Below are positions 1-9,925 of a stretch of 64,000 nucleotides of DNA, one piece after another. Position 1 is the stretch's first letter. Each line of letters opens with the position of its first letter. Under the pieces are notes generated by a model. That model had not been told where the DNA came from and searched no databases. It saw only the letters and a list, made by a program, of their open reading frames with translations. The translations under genes were made by a program, and so were the position numbers. This DNA comes from a virus, in the IMG/VR virus record IMGVR_UViG_3300036768_000767, positions 2,341-66,340 of that record. One strand, given 5' to 3'.

Positions 1-624
1 GAGCCAGTGCTTCACCTGCTGCCGCACCCACCATTCATTCACGTGTTCAGCGCCGACGAGCCGCACGAGGCGGGTGATCTTTCGCGCGCTAGACTTCTCT
101 TCCTTTGTCAACACATTCGTCCTTTGAATAAGTAGGGGCAGGAAGTGCTCTCGAACAATGTCGGGTAAACCATAGAGTCGCGCATGCGGGCGTCTTCGGA
201 TGCACTCTGTTGACCGGACAAAACCTTCGAACACTCCCTTTCCCATAAATCATCAATGAAGCACCAGAGTCTCATGACCGGTCGACCACCTGCCCCGCCG
301 CGCCGTCGGTCGACGGTCGGATCTCGGTCTTTCGCGTCGTCGTTCTGCCGGCCCATGCCTCGGTCTACCACCGCCCTTTCAGCCACTCGTTTGCACCCCG
401 TCTACGTCTTCCACTACTTCCCTGCCAACACCGCCCGTCGAATCAGGTCAGCTCTTACCGGGTAGTCGTCCCCTTCCCGGTTCTCCTCCGCGTGTGCGCT
501 CTAGCGCTATTGCCATCGCTTGCGTCATGCCTTGCAATCTTTGGCGATATGGCGGGACGGTACTTCCGGTCATGGTTATCCTCGAGGTACTCCATTACCA
601 TCCCGAGCGCCTGCCTCGTCCCAC

Positions 625-960
625 TCATGGCCGCTCTACCTTCGTATTCTCCACCCGATCCGTCGGTGCGATGAGCAGCCAACGGTAGCAGGCGTTCGAC
701 ACCCAGAGGTCAGGCGAAAACGGGGCATTGGGCCCGCTCGTGCTGGCATAGAAAGTGAGACCGGTCTGGCAGTCGAAGGCGGCGATACGGAGATCCATAT
801 CCTTTCCGGTGTAGTAGCCGGACAGGGCGGTGTGTCCGCAGTAGCAACGCTTGGACACGTAAGTTGTTCGACCGATCCGGCTAAAGTACCGCTCGGTACT
901 GTCGGCACAGGCCGTGGCCGCCGCCATGAGTGAGAGTAGGGTCAAAAAGGTCTTGGTCAT
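625..960 (-). CDS. Hypothetical exported protein
   Basis: AGGAG RBS; N-terminal signal-peptide-like MTKTFLTLLSLMAAATACA. Confidence 0.6.
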   Translation of the reverse strand: MTKTFLTLLSLMAAATACADSTERYFSRIGRTTYVSKRCYCGHTALSGYYTGKDMDLRIAAFDCQTGLTFYASTSGPNAPFSPDLWVSNACYRWLLIAPTDRVENTKVERP

Positions 961-1105
961 ATGCTCCTCCTGATTTTATGCACCAGACGCGTCAATGATC
1001 TCGAGCGCCTCATCCGAATAGCCTCGTCGACGATCGTCTTTCCGACCAAAGCTCGTAATAGAATCACTATTTACATAACCCGCTGAATGTGTCAACAATA
1101 ATCGT

Positions 1106-1375
1106 ATGACCGTACGAAAGAAACTAAAGAAGCCGAATATCAAGAAAGCCGTTCAGCACATCCTGGACCTCATCGCCCAGCGGCACAACCGGACCCGCGG
1201 CGACGTCATCGTGGCCGAGTCCTGCACCGGTCCCAATGGCCGCCCCGACATCTCCGTCTACGCGGTAAGGCAGTGGCTCTCGCGGGGCATCCCCAAGAAG
1301 CACTGGGAAACCGTGGCTAATCTGGCTGGTATACAAGAGTCTGAGGTTGCGCGGATACACAGCCATTACCGTTAG
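1106..1375 (+). CDS. Cro-like HTH protein
   Basis: ISVYAVRQWLSRGIPKKHW resembles a Cro/CI-type recognition helix; similar to 5251..5493. Confidence 0.6.
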   Translation: MTVRKKLKKPNIKKAVQHILDLIAQRHNRTRGDVIVAESCTGPNGRPDISVYAVRQWLSRGIPKKHWETVANLAGIQESEVARIHSHYR

Positions 1376-1759
1376 TCACCTGGTGGGAGCAGTGCCGGCC
1401 GTCCCTACCTGGGTGCACCGAATGTGGCGAAAACGCCTCACCGCTACGGCCTCTTGGGCCGCCCGCTCCACCATCTCCTTCACCTTCCGGCGAACCTCAT
1501 CGGCGGGCATACCCATCTGCTCGGCCACGGCCGATAGCGAGAACGGCCAGTCCTGGTGAGCAGTGTCGAAGAGGTAGCGGAGGGCGGATCGCCTCGCCGC
1601 TCGCTCCATGGAAACGCACTGAATCCCCTTCTTCACAGTAATCGGCGCAAGAGCGTCGAGCACCGCGCGCTGAAAGACGGCGAGCCGCAGGCGTTCTTCG
1701 GGAAGTGAGGGGGGTGGGGGATTGATCCATTCGCAGTCGGCAGAAAAGAGATATGACAT
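1376..1759 (-). CDS. Conserved hypothetical protein (PE[EK]RL..AV.QRA..D family), paralogue of 8725..8982
   Basis: GAGGA RBS; shared motif with 8725..8982. Confidence 0.7.
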   Translation of the reverse strand: MSYLFSADCEWINPPPPSLPEERLRLAVFQRAVLDALAPITVKKGIQCVSMERAARRSALRYLFDTAHQDWPFSLSAVAEQMGMPADEVRRKVKEMVERAAQEAVAVRRFRHIRCTQVGTAGTAPTR

Positions 1760-1774
1760 AGAGCATCCTCGTAG

Positions 1775-3472
1775 CTACACGTTGAAACCCGTCTCGTTGA
1801 AAAAGTCCTCATCCTCTTGCCCGACCCCTCCCTCACCCTCCGGGAACAGCTCGAGCACTTTCACGATGCGCCAGAACTTCCCCTCCCGCTGGATCCTGAG
1901 ACGCTTCGGGTTCCGGATCTCGGTCAGTCTCGCCAGCGCCTCGTCCACGGTCGCCGGGGTGCTCTCCAGCAGGCTCCCGCCGCGGGCGTACCACCACCGC
2001 CGTGCCTTGTTGCCGGCAAATCCGTCATGCTCGAAGCAGATCCACTCGGACACCTTGCCGATAGGCACACCGTCAATCATCGAGAAGTAATAATCCGCCC
2101 GCATGGTCGGTAGCGGCTTATCCTTCTTCTGGTGTTTGCAGTAGTCAGACTTGAAAACATCCACGTCGTAGGTCGGCTCCTCCTGGGTAGAAAGGATCGG
2201 CGCGTCGGAGGGCTGGGCTTGGTGGTTCAGACGGGGAGTTTCCAAGAATGGTGTGCCACAGTCTGGACACTCCTTGGCTGACAACATGACCACTGACCGA
2301 CACGTCGGGCACGACTTAACCAGTGGAGCTTCGACCCTCGACTCGTCGTTTCCGGTTAGTGGGCAGCGGCGGTAGGTAATCCGAATCCGGTCGATTGGGC
2401 CGTGGCGAAGGGCGTTTTCGCCGAAGTCGAGAACGATGCAATCCTCTTTTCCGTCCGCCCTCCTCGCGCCCCTACCGCAGATCTGGACCCACAGCGCGGT
2501 CGATTGCGTGGCCCGAAGGACGGCGATCAGGTCCACCCGCGGGTGATCGAAACCGGTCGTCAAAACGTCACAATTGACCAGCGCCCGGAGTTCGCCGTTC
2601 TTGTACTCCCGGATGATTCGATCCCGGAATAGCGGTGGGGTGTTCCCGGTCACGACTCCGGTCGGGATGCCGACCTTGTTCAGGACGGTTCCAATCGTCT
2701 CGGCGTGGCTCACACCAGCTCCGAAGATGAGCCAACTCTTACGGTCGTGCCCGTAGGCGATTATTTCATTTACTGATGCCTCAACGAGATCTAGGCGGTT
2801 GAATACTCGTTCCATCTCCTCGGCTACGTACTCCCCGTTCCGAACCCTCACCAGAGATAGGTTGGCCTTCGACTTTCCACATTTTGAGACCAGCGGGGAG
2901 AGATAACCCTGGGCAATGAGATCCCGGATATTCGCTTCGTAGGCGATGCCCGTAAACAATCCCTCGCCCTGGGTCAGAAGCCCGCTGTCCAGCCGGTAGG
3001 GAGTCGCGGTTAGCCCGGCGAACCTGACGGCCGGGTTATTCCGAACTAGCCCGTCGATGAGCGTGCGATACATTCCGTCGCCACTTTTCGGGATGAGGTG
3101 ACACTCGTCAATGATGACCAGGCTAAAGGCACCGAGATCGTCGGCCCTACGGAACGCCGACTGGATGCCCGCGAAAATGACCTGGCTATCAGTCTCACGC
3201 CGATTGAGCCCAGCTGAAAAGATTCCGACCGATCCAAATGGCCGTCTGGAAACGAATTTCTCGTAGTTTTGCTCGATTAGTTCCTTGCGGTGAGCAAGAA
3301 TCAAAACCCTCCGATCGAGCCCCTTCTCGCAGACTTGCCTAGCTACCTCCGCAAGGATGACGCTCTTGCCCGATCCGGTCGGGAGAATCAATAAAGGGGC
3401 CCCCTGGGGGTTGGCTCTGAACCACCCCCAGAGGGCCGAAATGGATTGCTTCTGATAGTCTCGAAGATCCAC
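1775..3472 (-). CDS. SF2 DEAD/DEAH-box helicase with Zn ribbon (YejH/RadD-like)
   Basis: LRDYQ, PTGSGKS, DECH, TAT, VLTTGFD, QICGRGAR motifs; CPTC..CPDC. Confidence 0.95.
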   Translation of the reverse strand: MDLRDYQKQSISALWGWFRANPQGAPLLILPTGSGKSVILAEVARQVCEKGLDRRVLILAHRKELIEQNYEKFVSRRPFGSVGIFSAGLNRRETDSQVIFAGIQSAFRRADDLGAFSLVIIDECHLIPKSGDGMYRTLIDGLVRNNPAVRFAGLTATPYRLDSGLLTQGEGLFTGIAYEANIRDLIAQGYLSPLVSKCGKSKANLSLVRVRNGEYVAEEMERVFNRLDLVEASVNEIIAYGHDRKSWLIFGAGVSHAETIGTVLNKVGIPTGVVTGNTPPLFRDRIIREYKNGELRALVNCDVLTTGFDHPRVDLIAVLRATQSTALWVQICGRGARRADGKEDCIVLDFGENALRHGPIDRIRITYRRCPLTGNDESRVEAPLVKSCPTCRSVVMLSAKECPDCGTPFLETPRLNHQAQPSDAPILSTQEEPTYDVDVFKSDYCKHQKKDKPLPTMRADYYFSMIDGVPIGKVSEWICFEHDGFAGNKARRWWYARGGSLLESTPATVDEALARLTEIRNPKRLRIQREGKFWRIVKVLELFPEGEGGVGQEDEDFFNETGFNV

Positions 3473-3481
3473 CTTCCTCCG

Positions 3482-3943
3482 TCAGAAAGGAATGTTGTCG
3501 TCTTCCGGAATGACCGGGGCTGCAACGGGCGGCCTAGGAGCGCTACTAGTCTCCTTCCAGAGGATCTTCGTAACGACGTTCCGAGCTTCTCCCAGGTTAT
3601 CCTTTTCAATGTCGACACGGATCCGGAACGGAATGCCGTGCAATATTGAGGTGTCCGTAAATTGTGTCTTGCCGCAAGCTAGACCAATCTCCTTGAGCTC
3701 CTTGAGGCCAATCCGCTGTGTGATGACGTTCACGTGCTTGTAATTCACGTAATGCCAGAGCAAATACCCCTTGTACTGCCCGTCAAGCACTTGGAAGGTG
3801 AACTTCACGTACTTGCCGTTCCCCTTCTTGTTGTCACTCACTACGCTGTCTTCGATCGAGACCGTGTAGTCCCCGGCGGGAATGGACGCAAAGTCGTCAC
3901 TATCTGGGATAGAGTTAAAGTCGATGTATCCGATTTCAGCCAT
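3482..3943 (-). CDS. DUF669-family phage ssDNA-binding protein
   Basis: IPAGDY..I, YVKFTFQVLDGQYKG, acidic tail EDDNIPF; next to Sak4-like ATPase. Confidence 0.85.
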   Translation of the reverse strand: MAEIGYIDFNSIPDSDDFASIPAGDYTVSIEDSVVSDNKKGNGKYVKFTFQVLDGQYKGYLLWHYVNYKHVNVITQRIGLKELKEIGLACGKTQFTDTSILHGIPFRIRVDIEKDNLGEARNVVTKILWKETSSAPRPPVAAPVIPEDDNIPF

Positions 3944-3954
3944 GTTTTTTCTCC

Positions 3955-4743
3955 TTACACTTCACTCGCAAATTGTTCCTGCTTCCCTTGCTCGGGCCGC
4001 CAATCCGTGTACTGGAGAAAAGCGTCCCAATCGAACTGCTTCGGGAAAGGTAACTCATACGGTAGGTCGAACCGGTTTTTTGCCTTGTGGCTCGGTCGCT
4101 CCTCCGTATAAATCACGCGCTGGCCGTTCCCCAAGCCCCTGACCCGCTTCTGGTTGAAGCCGAGTTCGTCGGTCTGGGTGAACACCCGGTAGTTCCCAAA
4201 CAGCATCGCATCGGCCCACTCGAAGATCATGTCCTGAATGAGGTCATGACATTTGAGCGAATACCGATCGTACGGCTCGATATCAGGGGAATCGTATCGC
4301 TCGATATCGCTGTGCCCGAGGAGCACGACCAACATCCCCCGGTCGTTTCGGAGCGCATCGAGGGCCTTCAAAACACGCTCGAAGTACGGCTCGGCCAGTT
4401 TGTAACCGCGCCCGAAGCTGGCGAAGATGTCGTCGCCCTTTTCCTTGCGAATCTCGCTGTGGACGATTTGCTCGAGCCACGAGATGGAATCCAGCACGAC
4501 CGTCTGGTACTGGTGCCGTCCTCTGTAAAGGACCGTGAAGCACTCCATCACGTCGGCGAAAGAACGGGCAGTCGGAAACCGGGCATACTCGAGCTTCCCT
4601 ATCCCATCCTCACACTGAACGAAGATCGGGTTCGGCGCTGAGGCCGCCCACGTCGTCTTCCCGATACCCATCGGGCCGTAAAAGACTAACCTGGGCGGTT
4701 TCCGCTCCCGACCGGTTTGAATCGATTCAAGGTTTATTGCCAT
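3955..4743 (-). CDS. AAA_24 / Sak4-like ATPase (phage recombination)
   Basis: YGPMGIGKTT Walker A, TVVLDSISWLE, HKAKNRF. Confidence 0.9.
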   Translation of the reverse strand: MAINLESIQTGRERKPPRLVFYGPMGIGKTTWAASAPNPIFVQCEDGIGKLEYARFPTARSFADVMECFTVLYRGRHQYQTVVLDSISWLEQIVHSEIRKEKGDDIFASFGRGYKLAEPYFERVLKALDALRNDRGMLVVLLGHSDIERYDSPDIEPYDRYSLKCHDLIQDMIFEWADAMLFGNYRVFTQTDELGFNQKRVRGLGNGQRVIYTEERPSHKAKNRFDLPYELPFPKQFDWDAFLQYTDWRPEQGKQEQFASEV

Positions 4744-5162
4744 CTGCCTCCTTTCCTTTTCGGATCACAGTCAGTCGTTTGTAACACGGCACACAAACCA
4801 GCTAGAGCGCGGCCCCCTTCCCGGTGCCACTCCCGCCAATCCGTAGCCAATTCTCCATCTCTCAAATCGTCGCCGAGGTCCTGGTCTCCCACTCTGTAAA
4901 GCGCCATATCGGAAAAAGGCGGAGTACGCTCGATCATGAGCTCGGTCGCGATAGATTCGAACTCTTGAAACGGATGGTGATCTGCCTCGCGGAGAATGAG
5001 ACTCATCACACCAGACTCCCGTTCGGGATGGCCGGTCAGGAGTCCGCTGATAAAGGAAGTGTCATTACCTTTGAAAGACTTGTCGAACTCGGCCGCATCG
5101 ACGATGAGCCTAGCTGCTTCCGTAAGCACTTTCTTGGTTGCTGGCTTGGTAAAGACCGTCAT
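4734..5162 (-). CDS. Hypothetical protein
   Basis: GAGGTG RBS; first gene of leftward operon, overlaps next gene. Confidence 0.6.
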   Translation of the reverse strand: MTVFTKPATKKVLTEAARLIVDAAEFDKSFKGNDTSFISGLLTGHPERESGVMSLILREADHHPFQEFESIATELMIERTPPFSDMALYRVGDQDLGDDLRDGELATDWREWHREGGRALAGLCAVLQTTDCDPKRKGGRWQ

Positions 5163-5210
5163 ACACCTCTAGGCTATGTTTGTTTGCGATGTGACCGAGA
5201 TCGTTTCTAT

Positions 5211-5250
5211 GGTTGACAAAAGTACAACAGAGAAGCTAATACTGTCAACC
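5211..5250. promoter_or_regulatory. Overlapping divergent promoters / operator (GGTTGACA...TGTCAACC inverted repeat)
   Basis: Perfect 8-bp inverted repeat at 5211-5218 and 5243-5250, each containing TTGACA, between divergent operons. Confidence 0.55.
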
Positions 5251-5493
5251 ATGAACTCAAAAATTCTAGACATTATCGATCGATGCGGCGGGGAACTGAT
5301 GGTGGCTTATAACCTCGCGCTTCATCAGCAGACCGTAAAGCGGTGGGTGAAGAGGGGCGGCATCCCTCAAAAATACTGGCGGCGGCTTTCGGAACTCGGC
5401 TCAATTCCGCTCGAAGCAATCAAGGACGTTCACGCCAAGGCTAAGCATCGGCAAGGAAAGGCATGGGCCAAAACCGACTCCTCCCGGACCTGA
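5251..5493 (+). CDS. Cro-like HTH regulator
   Basis: IIDRCGG..VAYNLALHQQTVKRWVKRGGIPQKYW; start placed at ATG 5251. Confidence 0.75.
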   Translation: MNSKILDIIDRCGGELMVAYNLALHQQTVKRWVKRGGIPQKYWRRLSELGSIPLEAIKDVHAKAKHRQGKAWAKTDSSRT

Positions 5494-7658
5494 AAGAGGC
5501 CCGGCGGTTCCTCAACCTTTTCGATGAGGGGCTATTCCACACATTCCAATGGTTTCCCGAGGTCAAGGCCCTCGGCGGCCCGGCCGCCCACAAGGAGGGT
5601 GACCTGGACGACATGGCCGCAATGCTCACCGCAATCAACAACGAGCGGTGCGGTATCTTCTTCACGGTCAACGAGACCGACGGCAAGGGGCGTGACACCG
5701 GGAACATCGTCAGCGTTCGCGCGCTCTTCGTAGACTTGGATGGGGCGCCTCTCGAGCCGGTGTTGGCGGCGGGAGTCGACCCCCATGCCGTCGTCTGCTC
5801 CTCGCCGGGGAAGTTTCAGGTCTACTGGCTGGTAAAGGATTGTCCACTCGATCGGTTCACACCCCTTCAACTCGCTCTGGCCGAGAAATTCAAATCCGAT
5901 CCCCAAGTAGCGGACCTTCCGCGGGTCATGCGCGTGCCCGGCTTCTGGCACCAGAAGAAAGACCCTCACTTGGTGAGGGTCGACCACATCGAGTACTTCA
6001 TGCCCTACCCGGTCGAAGTTCTGGTGGAGCGGTTCGGGCTAGCCGATCTCGAGCGCGAGGCCGTGCAAAAGCAAGCTCTCCCCCCGCTATCCGAGCTGTA
6101 CCAGCAGAAGATTCCCGAAGGGGAACGGCACAAGAAGCTCATGCGATACGCGGCCAAATTCGCCTACGAAGGAAAAACCCCGGACGAGGTTTACGGGCTG
6201 GTTCAGTCGATCAACTTTATCTGCTGCTCCTCGCCGAAGCCAGAAAAGGAGATCAGAGACATCGTCCAAGCAGCATTCAATTACGCCGGCCCGCCGGGCG
6301 GAGGGTACATCCCACCAGCCGAAGAACGAGAGGAGGACTCAGCCGCCACCGAACTCGCACTGCCCGAGGCGTTCGTCATCGGGGCCCCTGGACTCGTCGG
6401 TCAGGTCGCCGATTGGATTAACGGCAGTATCACGCGAGAGCAACCCCACTTCGCCCTTGCAGCAGCGCTCTCCTTCGTCGGGGTACTGAAAGGGCATCGG
6501 GTGCAAACGCCGCGCCGGTCCAGGACGAACCATATGACGCTAGCCATCGGAAAGTCTGGCTCTGGAAAGTCCGAGGTCGGTAGCCGCATCGAAGATCTCA
6601 TCCGGTGCGCCGGTCTGGACCACATCATCATGGGCATCCCCGCGTCCGACTCCGGCCTCCGGGCCGGCATGGCCCATCGGAGGGGGCGAGTGTTCATCTT
6701 CTGGGACGAGATGGGCTTGGCACTGGAAGGGATGCTGCAAAAGAATAGCCAGTACCACATCCGGGCGATCAAAGACCTGTTCGTCGAAGTGTGGACGAAG
6801 GCCCATACCGTACTCCGGAAGAAGGAACTCATTACCGTCGAGGCCCAAAAGGCCCACGTCGACATCCAGCAGCCATGCTTCGGGTTTTACGCGACCGCCC
6901 AGCCAGACATCTTCTACGGTGCGTTATCATCCGCCCACGCGGCGGACGGCTTCTTTCCCCGGTTGCTCGTGTTCGAGACACGGAATAATTATCCACCGGA
7001 GCGGGCGGTAACCTATACAGATCCGCCCGACCTTCTCGTCGACTCATGCCGGGATATCGAGTCTTGGCCGACGAATTGCACGCCCGGGAGCGGAAACCTT
7101 TCGGACATGGTGATCAACCCAAGGGTCGTTCCGTTCTCACCAGCGGCTCAGAAGCTTCTCGACGCGGCCAAGAAGGACATCGAGCGGAAGCTCGACAGGA
7201 CCGGTGATAGCCTGACGGGTGGTGTTTGGGCCCGGTCGCTTAGCCACATCGAGAAGATCGCTCTCACCGTCGAAGACCGGCCGGTCATATCGAGAGAATC
7301 GGCGGAATGGGCAATCGATCTCGTCATGCGGCTCTCGGCTGCCATGTCCGCTGCGTTCAAGCTGCGTGTGTCGGATTCGGCCATCGAAAAGACAAAGAAG
7401 CGTGTACTTCAGGTCATCGCTGCCGCCGGGGTAGACGGAATCGGGACCAATCTTCTGACCAGAAAAACGCAATTCCTAAGAGACAAGCGTGAGCGTGATG
7501 CGGTATTATGCGAGCTTGAGCATAGCGGGCAAGTGACGACGATCATGGAAAACACGGCAGGAAGGTCGACGAAGAAGTGGATCCTAGTCGAGCACGCCTC
7601 CGCGCAAAAATCAAACACTGTCAACCCTTCCGTCAAGATTCGTCAAAGTACAGATTGA
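5463..7658 (+). CDS. Primase (RepB'/AEP-type) fused to PriCT and DUF3987-like ATPase
   Basis: RALFVDLD, SSPGKFQVYW, DLPRVMRVPGFWHQK; GERH; GKSGSGKS, FWDEMG, DGFFPR. Confidence 0.9.
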   Translation: MGQNRLLPDLKEARRFLNLFDEGLFHTFQWFPEVKALGGPAAHKEGDLDDMAAMLTAINNERCGIFFTVNETDGKGRDTGNIVSVRALFVDLDGAPLEPVLAAGVDPHAVVCSSPGKFQVYWLVKDCPLDRFTPLQLALAEKFKSDPQVADLPRVMRVPGFWHQKKDPHLVRVDHIEYFMPYPVEVLVERFGLADLEREAVQKQALPPLSELYQQKIPEGERHKKLMRYAAKFAYEGKTPDEVYGLVQSINFICCSSPKPEKEIRDIVQAAFNYAGPPGGGYIPPAEEREEDSAATELALPEAFVIGAPGLVGQVADWINGSITREQPHFALAAALSFVGVLKGHRVQTPRRSRTNHMTLAIGKSGSGKSEVGSRIEDLIRCAGLDHIIMGIPASDSGLRAGMAHRRGRVFIFWDEMGLALEGMLQKNSQYHIRAIKDLFVEVWTKAHTVLRKKELITVEAQKAHVDIQQPCFGFYATAQPDIFYGALSSAHAADGFFPRLLVFETRNNYPPERAVTYTDPPDLLVDSCRDIESWPTNCTPGSGNLSDMVINPRVVPFSPAAQKLLDAAKKDIERKLDRTGDSLTGGVWARSLSHIEKIALTVEDRPVISRESAEWAIDLVMRLSAAMSAAFKLRVSDSAIEKTKKRVLQVIAAAGVDGIGTNLLTRKTQFLRDKRERDAVLCELEHSGQVTTIMENTAGRSTKKWILVEHASAQKSNTVNPSVKIRQSTD

Positions 7659-7890
7659 CGAAAGTTTCTGAATAAAATCACTGGCTTTACCCCCTTCCGT
7701 CAACGTCAACGGGGGGTGGCACCCCCTTATATTCTCCTCGATTTGGATAAAAAAAAGGGGGGTAGTATATGTGATAAGGTAATATACATAGTTATATTAT
7801 TATAACTAATAGATTTTATTCACTATTTACCTAAAAACTTTCGTCAAACTTTCGTCAAAATCGTACTTGACGAAAGTTGACGAAAGCCCC
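7626..7890. promoter_or_regulatory. Putative phage replication origin (iterons around AT-rich tract)
   Basis: CTTTCGTCAA/TTGACGAAAG at 7655, 7838, 7849, 7867, 7877 plus variants at 7628, 7639, 7695, flanking AT-rich 7740-7835, directly after the primase. Confidence 0.7.
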
Positions 7891-7970
7891 CCCCCCTTCT
7901 CCTCAATGGACCTGGGCATGTTACCTTACCCCCTTCCGGGCATGACGCTGAGCAACCTACACTGATCGAG

Positions 7971-8378
7971 ATGCCCCCCAAGGTTACGTCCACTCACCGC
8001 CTCCCGGATTACGAGCACAGGGAACAAACCACGTTCTTTAACCTCCTGTCGCGAGTGAACCACCCTGCAGCCCTGGTCACTTTCGCCATCCCGAACCAGG
8101 CCGTCGCCAAGTTTCGGAGCAAGGCTATGAGGATCAGATTCTGGAAGGAGGGGGTAAGGGCGGGTGTGCCCGATATCTTTGTCAGTTACCCGATGGCCCC
8201 GTTCCACGGCCTCTACATCGAGAACAAAACCCCAGGGGAAAAGCCCTCGAAGGAACAGGTCGCATGGCATGAACGGCTCCGGGCAGCAGGCTATCGGGTC
8301 GAGGTCTGTTTCTCGGCCCGGCAGCAGTTCGAAGTCTTCTGCGATTACCTCGACATCACCCCGTTCCGGATTGACTAA
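7971..8378 (+). CDS. VRR-NUC domain nuclease (resolvase-like)
   Basis: FAIPN, EGVRAGVPDI, GLYIENK, SKEQVAW. Confidence 0.9.
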   Translation: MPPKVTSTHRLPDYEHREQTTFFNLLSRVNHPAALVTFAIPNQAVAKFRSKAMRIRFWKEGVRAGVPDIFVSYPMAPFHGLYIENKTPGEKPSKEQVAWHERLRAAGYRVEVCFSARQQFEVFCDYLDITPFRID

Positions 8379-8724
8379 CCTACTCGCCTCCTCTGTTGAT
8401 ATATTTCGCTATCCGTGTGACCCCCCCCCTCATTGCAGCCGGACGGAGCACGTCGGTTACGCGATGCCGTGCCAGAGCAAGACCCGGCATACTGGTAAGG
8501 AAAAGGCGAGGCGCTTGCACCATTCACATCTCCACCGACTGACCAAATTCAACCGCTGGTCAATCTCTTCCCCTCTGTGGCACCCTGTGTATGACGGCGC
8601 GCAGGCCACTTCCCGGGAAAGTCGGGACCAAGGGACTAGCGGCTATCCGGGGTTTTTGGCACTGAACGACCATAACAGCTACGACACTACGAACTTCTTC
8701 CAGGTCTACAGCTCTGGCGAGTAT

Positions 8725-8982
8725 ATGCCTGAGAAGCGTCTACTCGTCGCTGTAATTCAGCGGGCCTTGGCCGACTTCACGGTGCCGGATGGAACACACC
8801 CGCTTCTGAAGTGGGAGGCGGGTAAGTGGCTCTTCTCCGACTCGCATGAAATCATGTCGCTGTGGTGGATCTGCTCGGCACTGTCGGATGACCCCAAAAG
8901 GTTGAGAGACAAGATTCTCGCAGCCGCCAAGCAAAAAAGTTGGCGGCAGAAGGCGGTGATATTTCGTGTGGATAGGAGGTAG
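8725..8982 (+). CDS. Conserved hypothetical protein, paralogue of 1376..1759 (start may be TTG 8656)
   Basis: PEKRLLVAVIQRALAD...WLFSD...SLWWIC. Confidence 0.65.
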   Translation: MPEKRLLVAVIQRALADFTVPDGTHPLLKWEAGKWLFSDSHEIMSLWWICSALSDDPKRLRDKILAAAKQKSWRQKAVIFRVDRR

Positions 8983-8983
8983 C

Positions 8984-9283
8984 GTGGGTGTACTGGTTGC
9001 GCTTCTTGCGGGTATTGTCACTACTCTCTTCCTGGAGGCAAGACGTCTCTGGGCCCAGATCCAGATGCTTGAACAGACCATCGCCACGCTCGCATCTACT
9101 CAATCCGTCGAGGAGATAGCGAAGAACGTCGAGGACCTCAAGACTATGACCTGTGAGGGCTTCTCGAAGTCGGCTGAGGTCATGAATGCCCTAAACTCGG
9201 CGTTGGCCCTGACGAACGCGACGGTTCGACTGAATGCGGTCGCGGTCGAGAAGAATTACATTCGCCGAGCCGAATTGAATTGA
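8984..9283 (+). CDS. Membrane-anchored coiled-coil hypothetical protein
   Basis: AGGAGG RBS before GTG 8984; N-terminal TM segment. Confidence 0.6.
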   Translation: MGVLVALLAGIVTTLFLEARRLWAQIQMLEQTIATLASTQSVEEIAKNVEDLKTMTCEGFSKSAEVMNALNSALALTNATVRLNAVAVEKNYIRRAELN

Positions 9284-9301
9284 GCTATCCTAGTTGGGCA
9301 T

Positions 9302-9781
9302 ATGGCCCGAAAGAAAACCGATCAGTCGCAACCCCTTAATCACACGGAATCAGACGGCCCTAAAAAGGAGCTAACGCCGAAGCAGGTCGCGTTTCTGGAA
9401 GCCTTGGTGAAGCGCAAGGGTAACGTCACTGCTGCCGCAAAGGTCGCCGAGATCTCTCGCGGCCAAGTCTACGAGTGGCGGAATACGAACCCTACTTTCG
9501 AGGCCGAGTACCAGCTTACCCGTACGAAGCTCGAGGAGTTCCTCTTCGAGAAGGTGGTCGAGTTTGCAGAGCTTGGCGACATCACTGCCTGCATCTTCGC
9601 GCTCAAGTCCCTCAACCGCGCTCGTTTCGACGACGCTTACGCCCGTCAGGAGCGCGCTCTCGAGAAGGGCTTGCAACCAGCCGAAGGTTTTGTACCCGTC
9701 CGGGCCGTGCTAGTCAGGGACCCAGAACCGCCGGGCGTGAAGGCGCCTGTGGTCAATGGGGTGTCTGAACAAGAGCACTGA
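9302..9781 (+). CDS. terS: Terminase small subunit
   Basis: HTH GNVTAAAKVAEISRGQVYEW..NPTF, ACIFALK; upstream of terL. Confidence 0.85.
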   Translation: MARKKTDQSQPLNHTESDGPKKELTPKQVAFLEALVKRKGNVTAAAKVAEISRGQVYEWRNTNPTFEAEYQLTRTKLEEFLFEKVVEFAELGDITACIFALKSLNRARFDDAYARQERALEKGLQPAEGFVPVRAVLVRDPEPPGVKAPVVNGVSEQEH

Positions 9782-9925
9782 AGGCGGTGGAGATCTCCCA
9801 GCGCCTGGCCGAACCACATCACGGACAGTCAAAACCACCTGATGAACGCGCGGCCTCGATCATCAACCCTGATACCGCAATGCCCCCTGCCTAACGCCTT
9901 TCTCGTCATGCGACACTGCCTGTAG

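Noticed and set aside
1-620. Short ORFs at the left edge
   Set aside because: No recognisable motifs, and I could not choose a frame with confidence.
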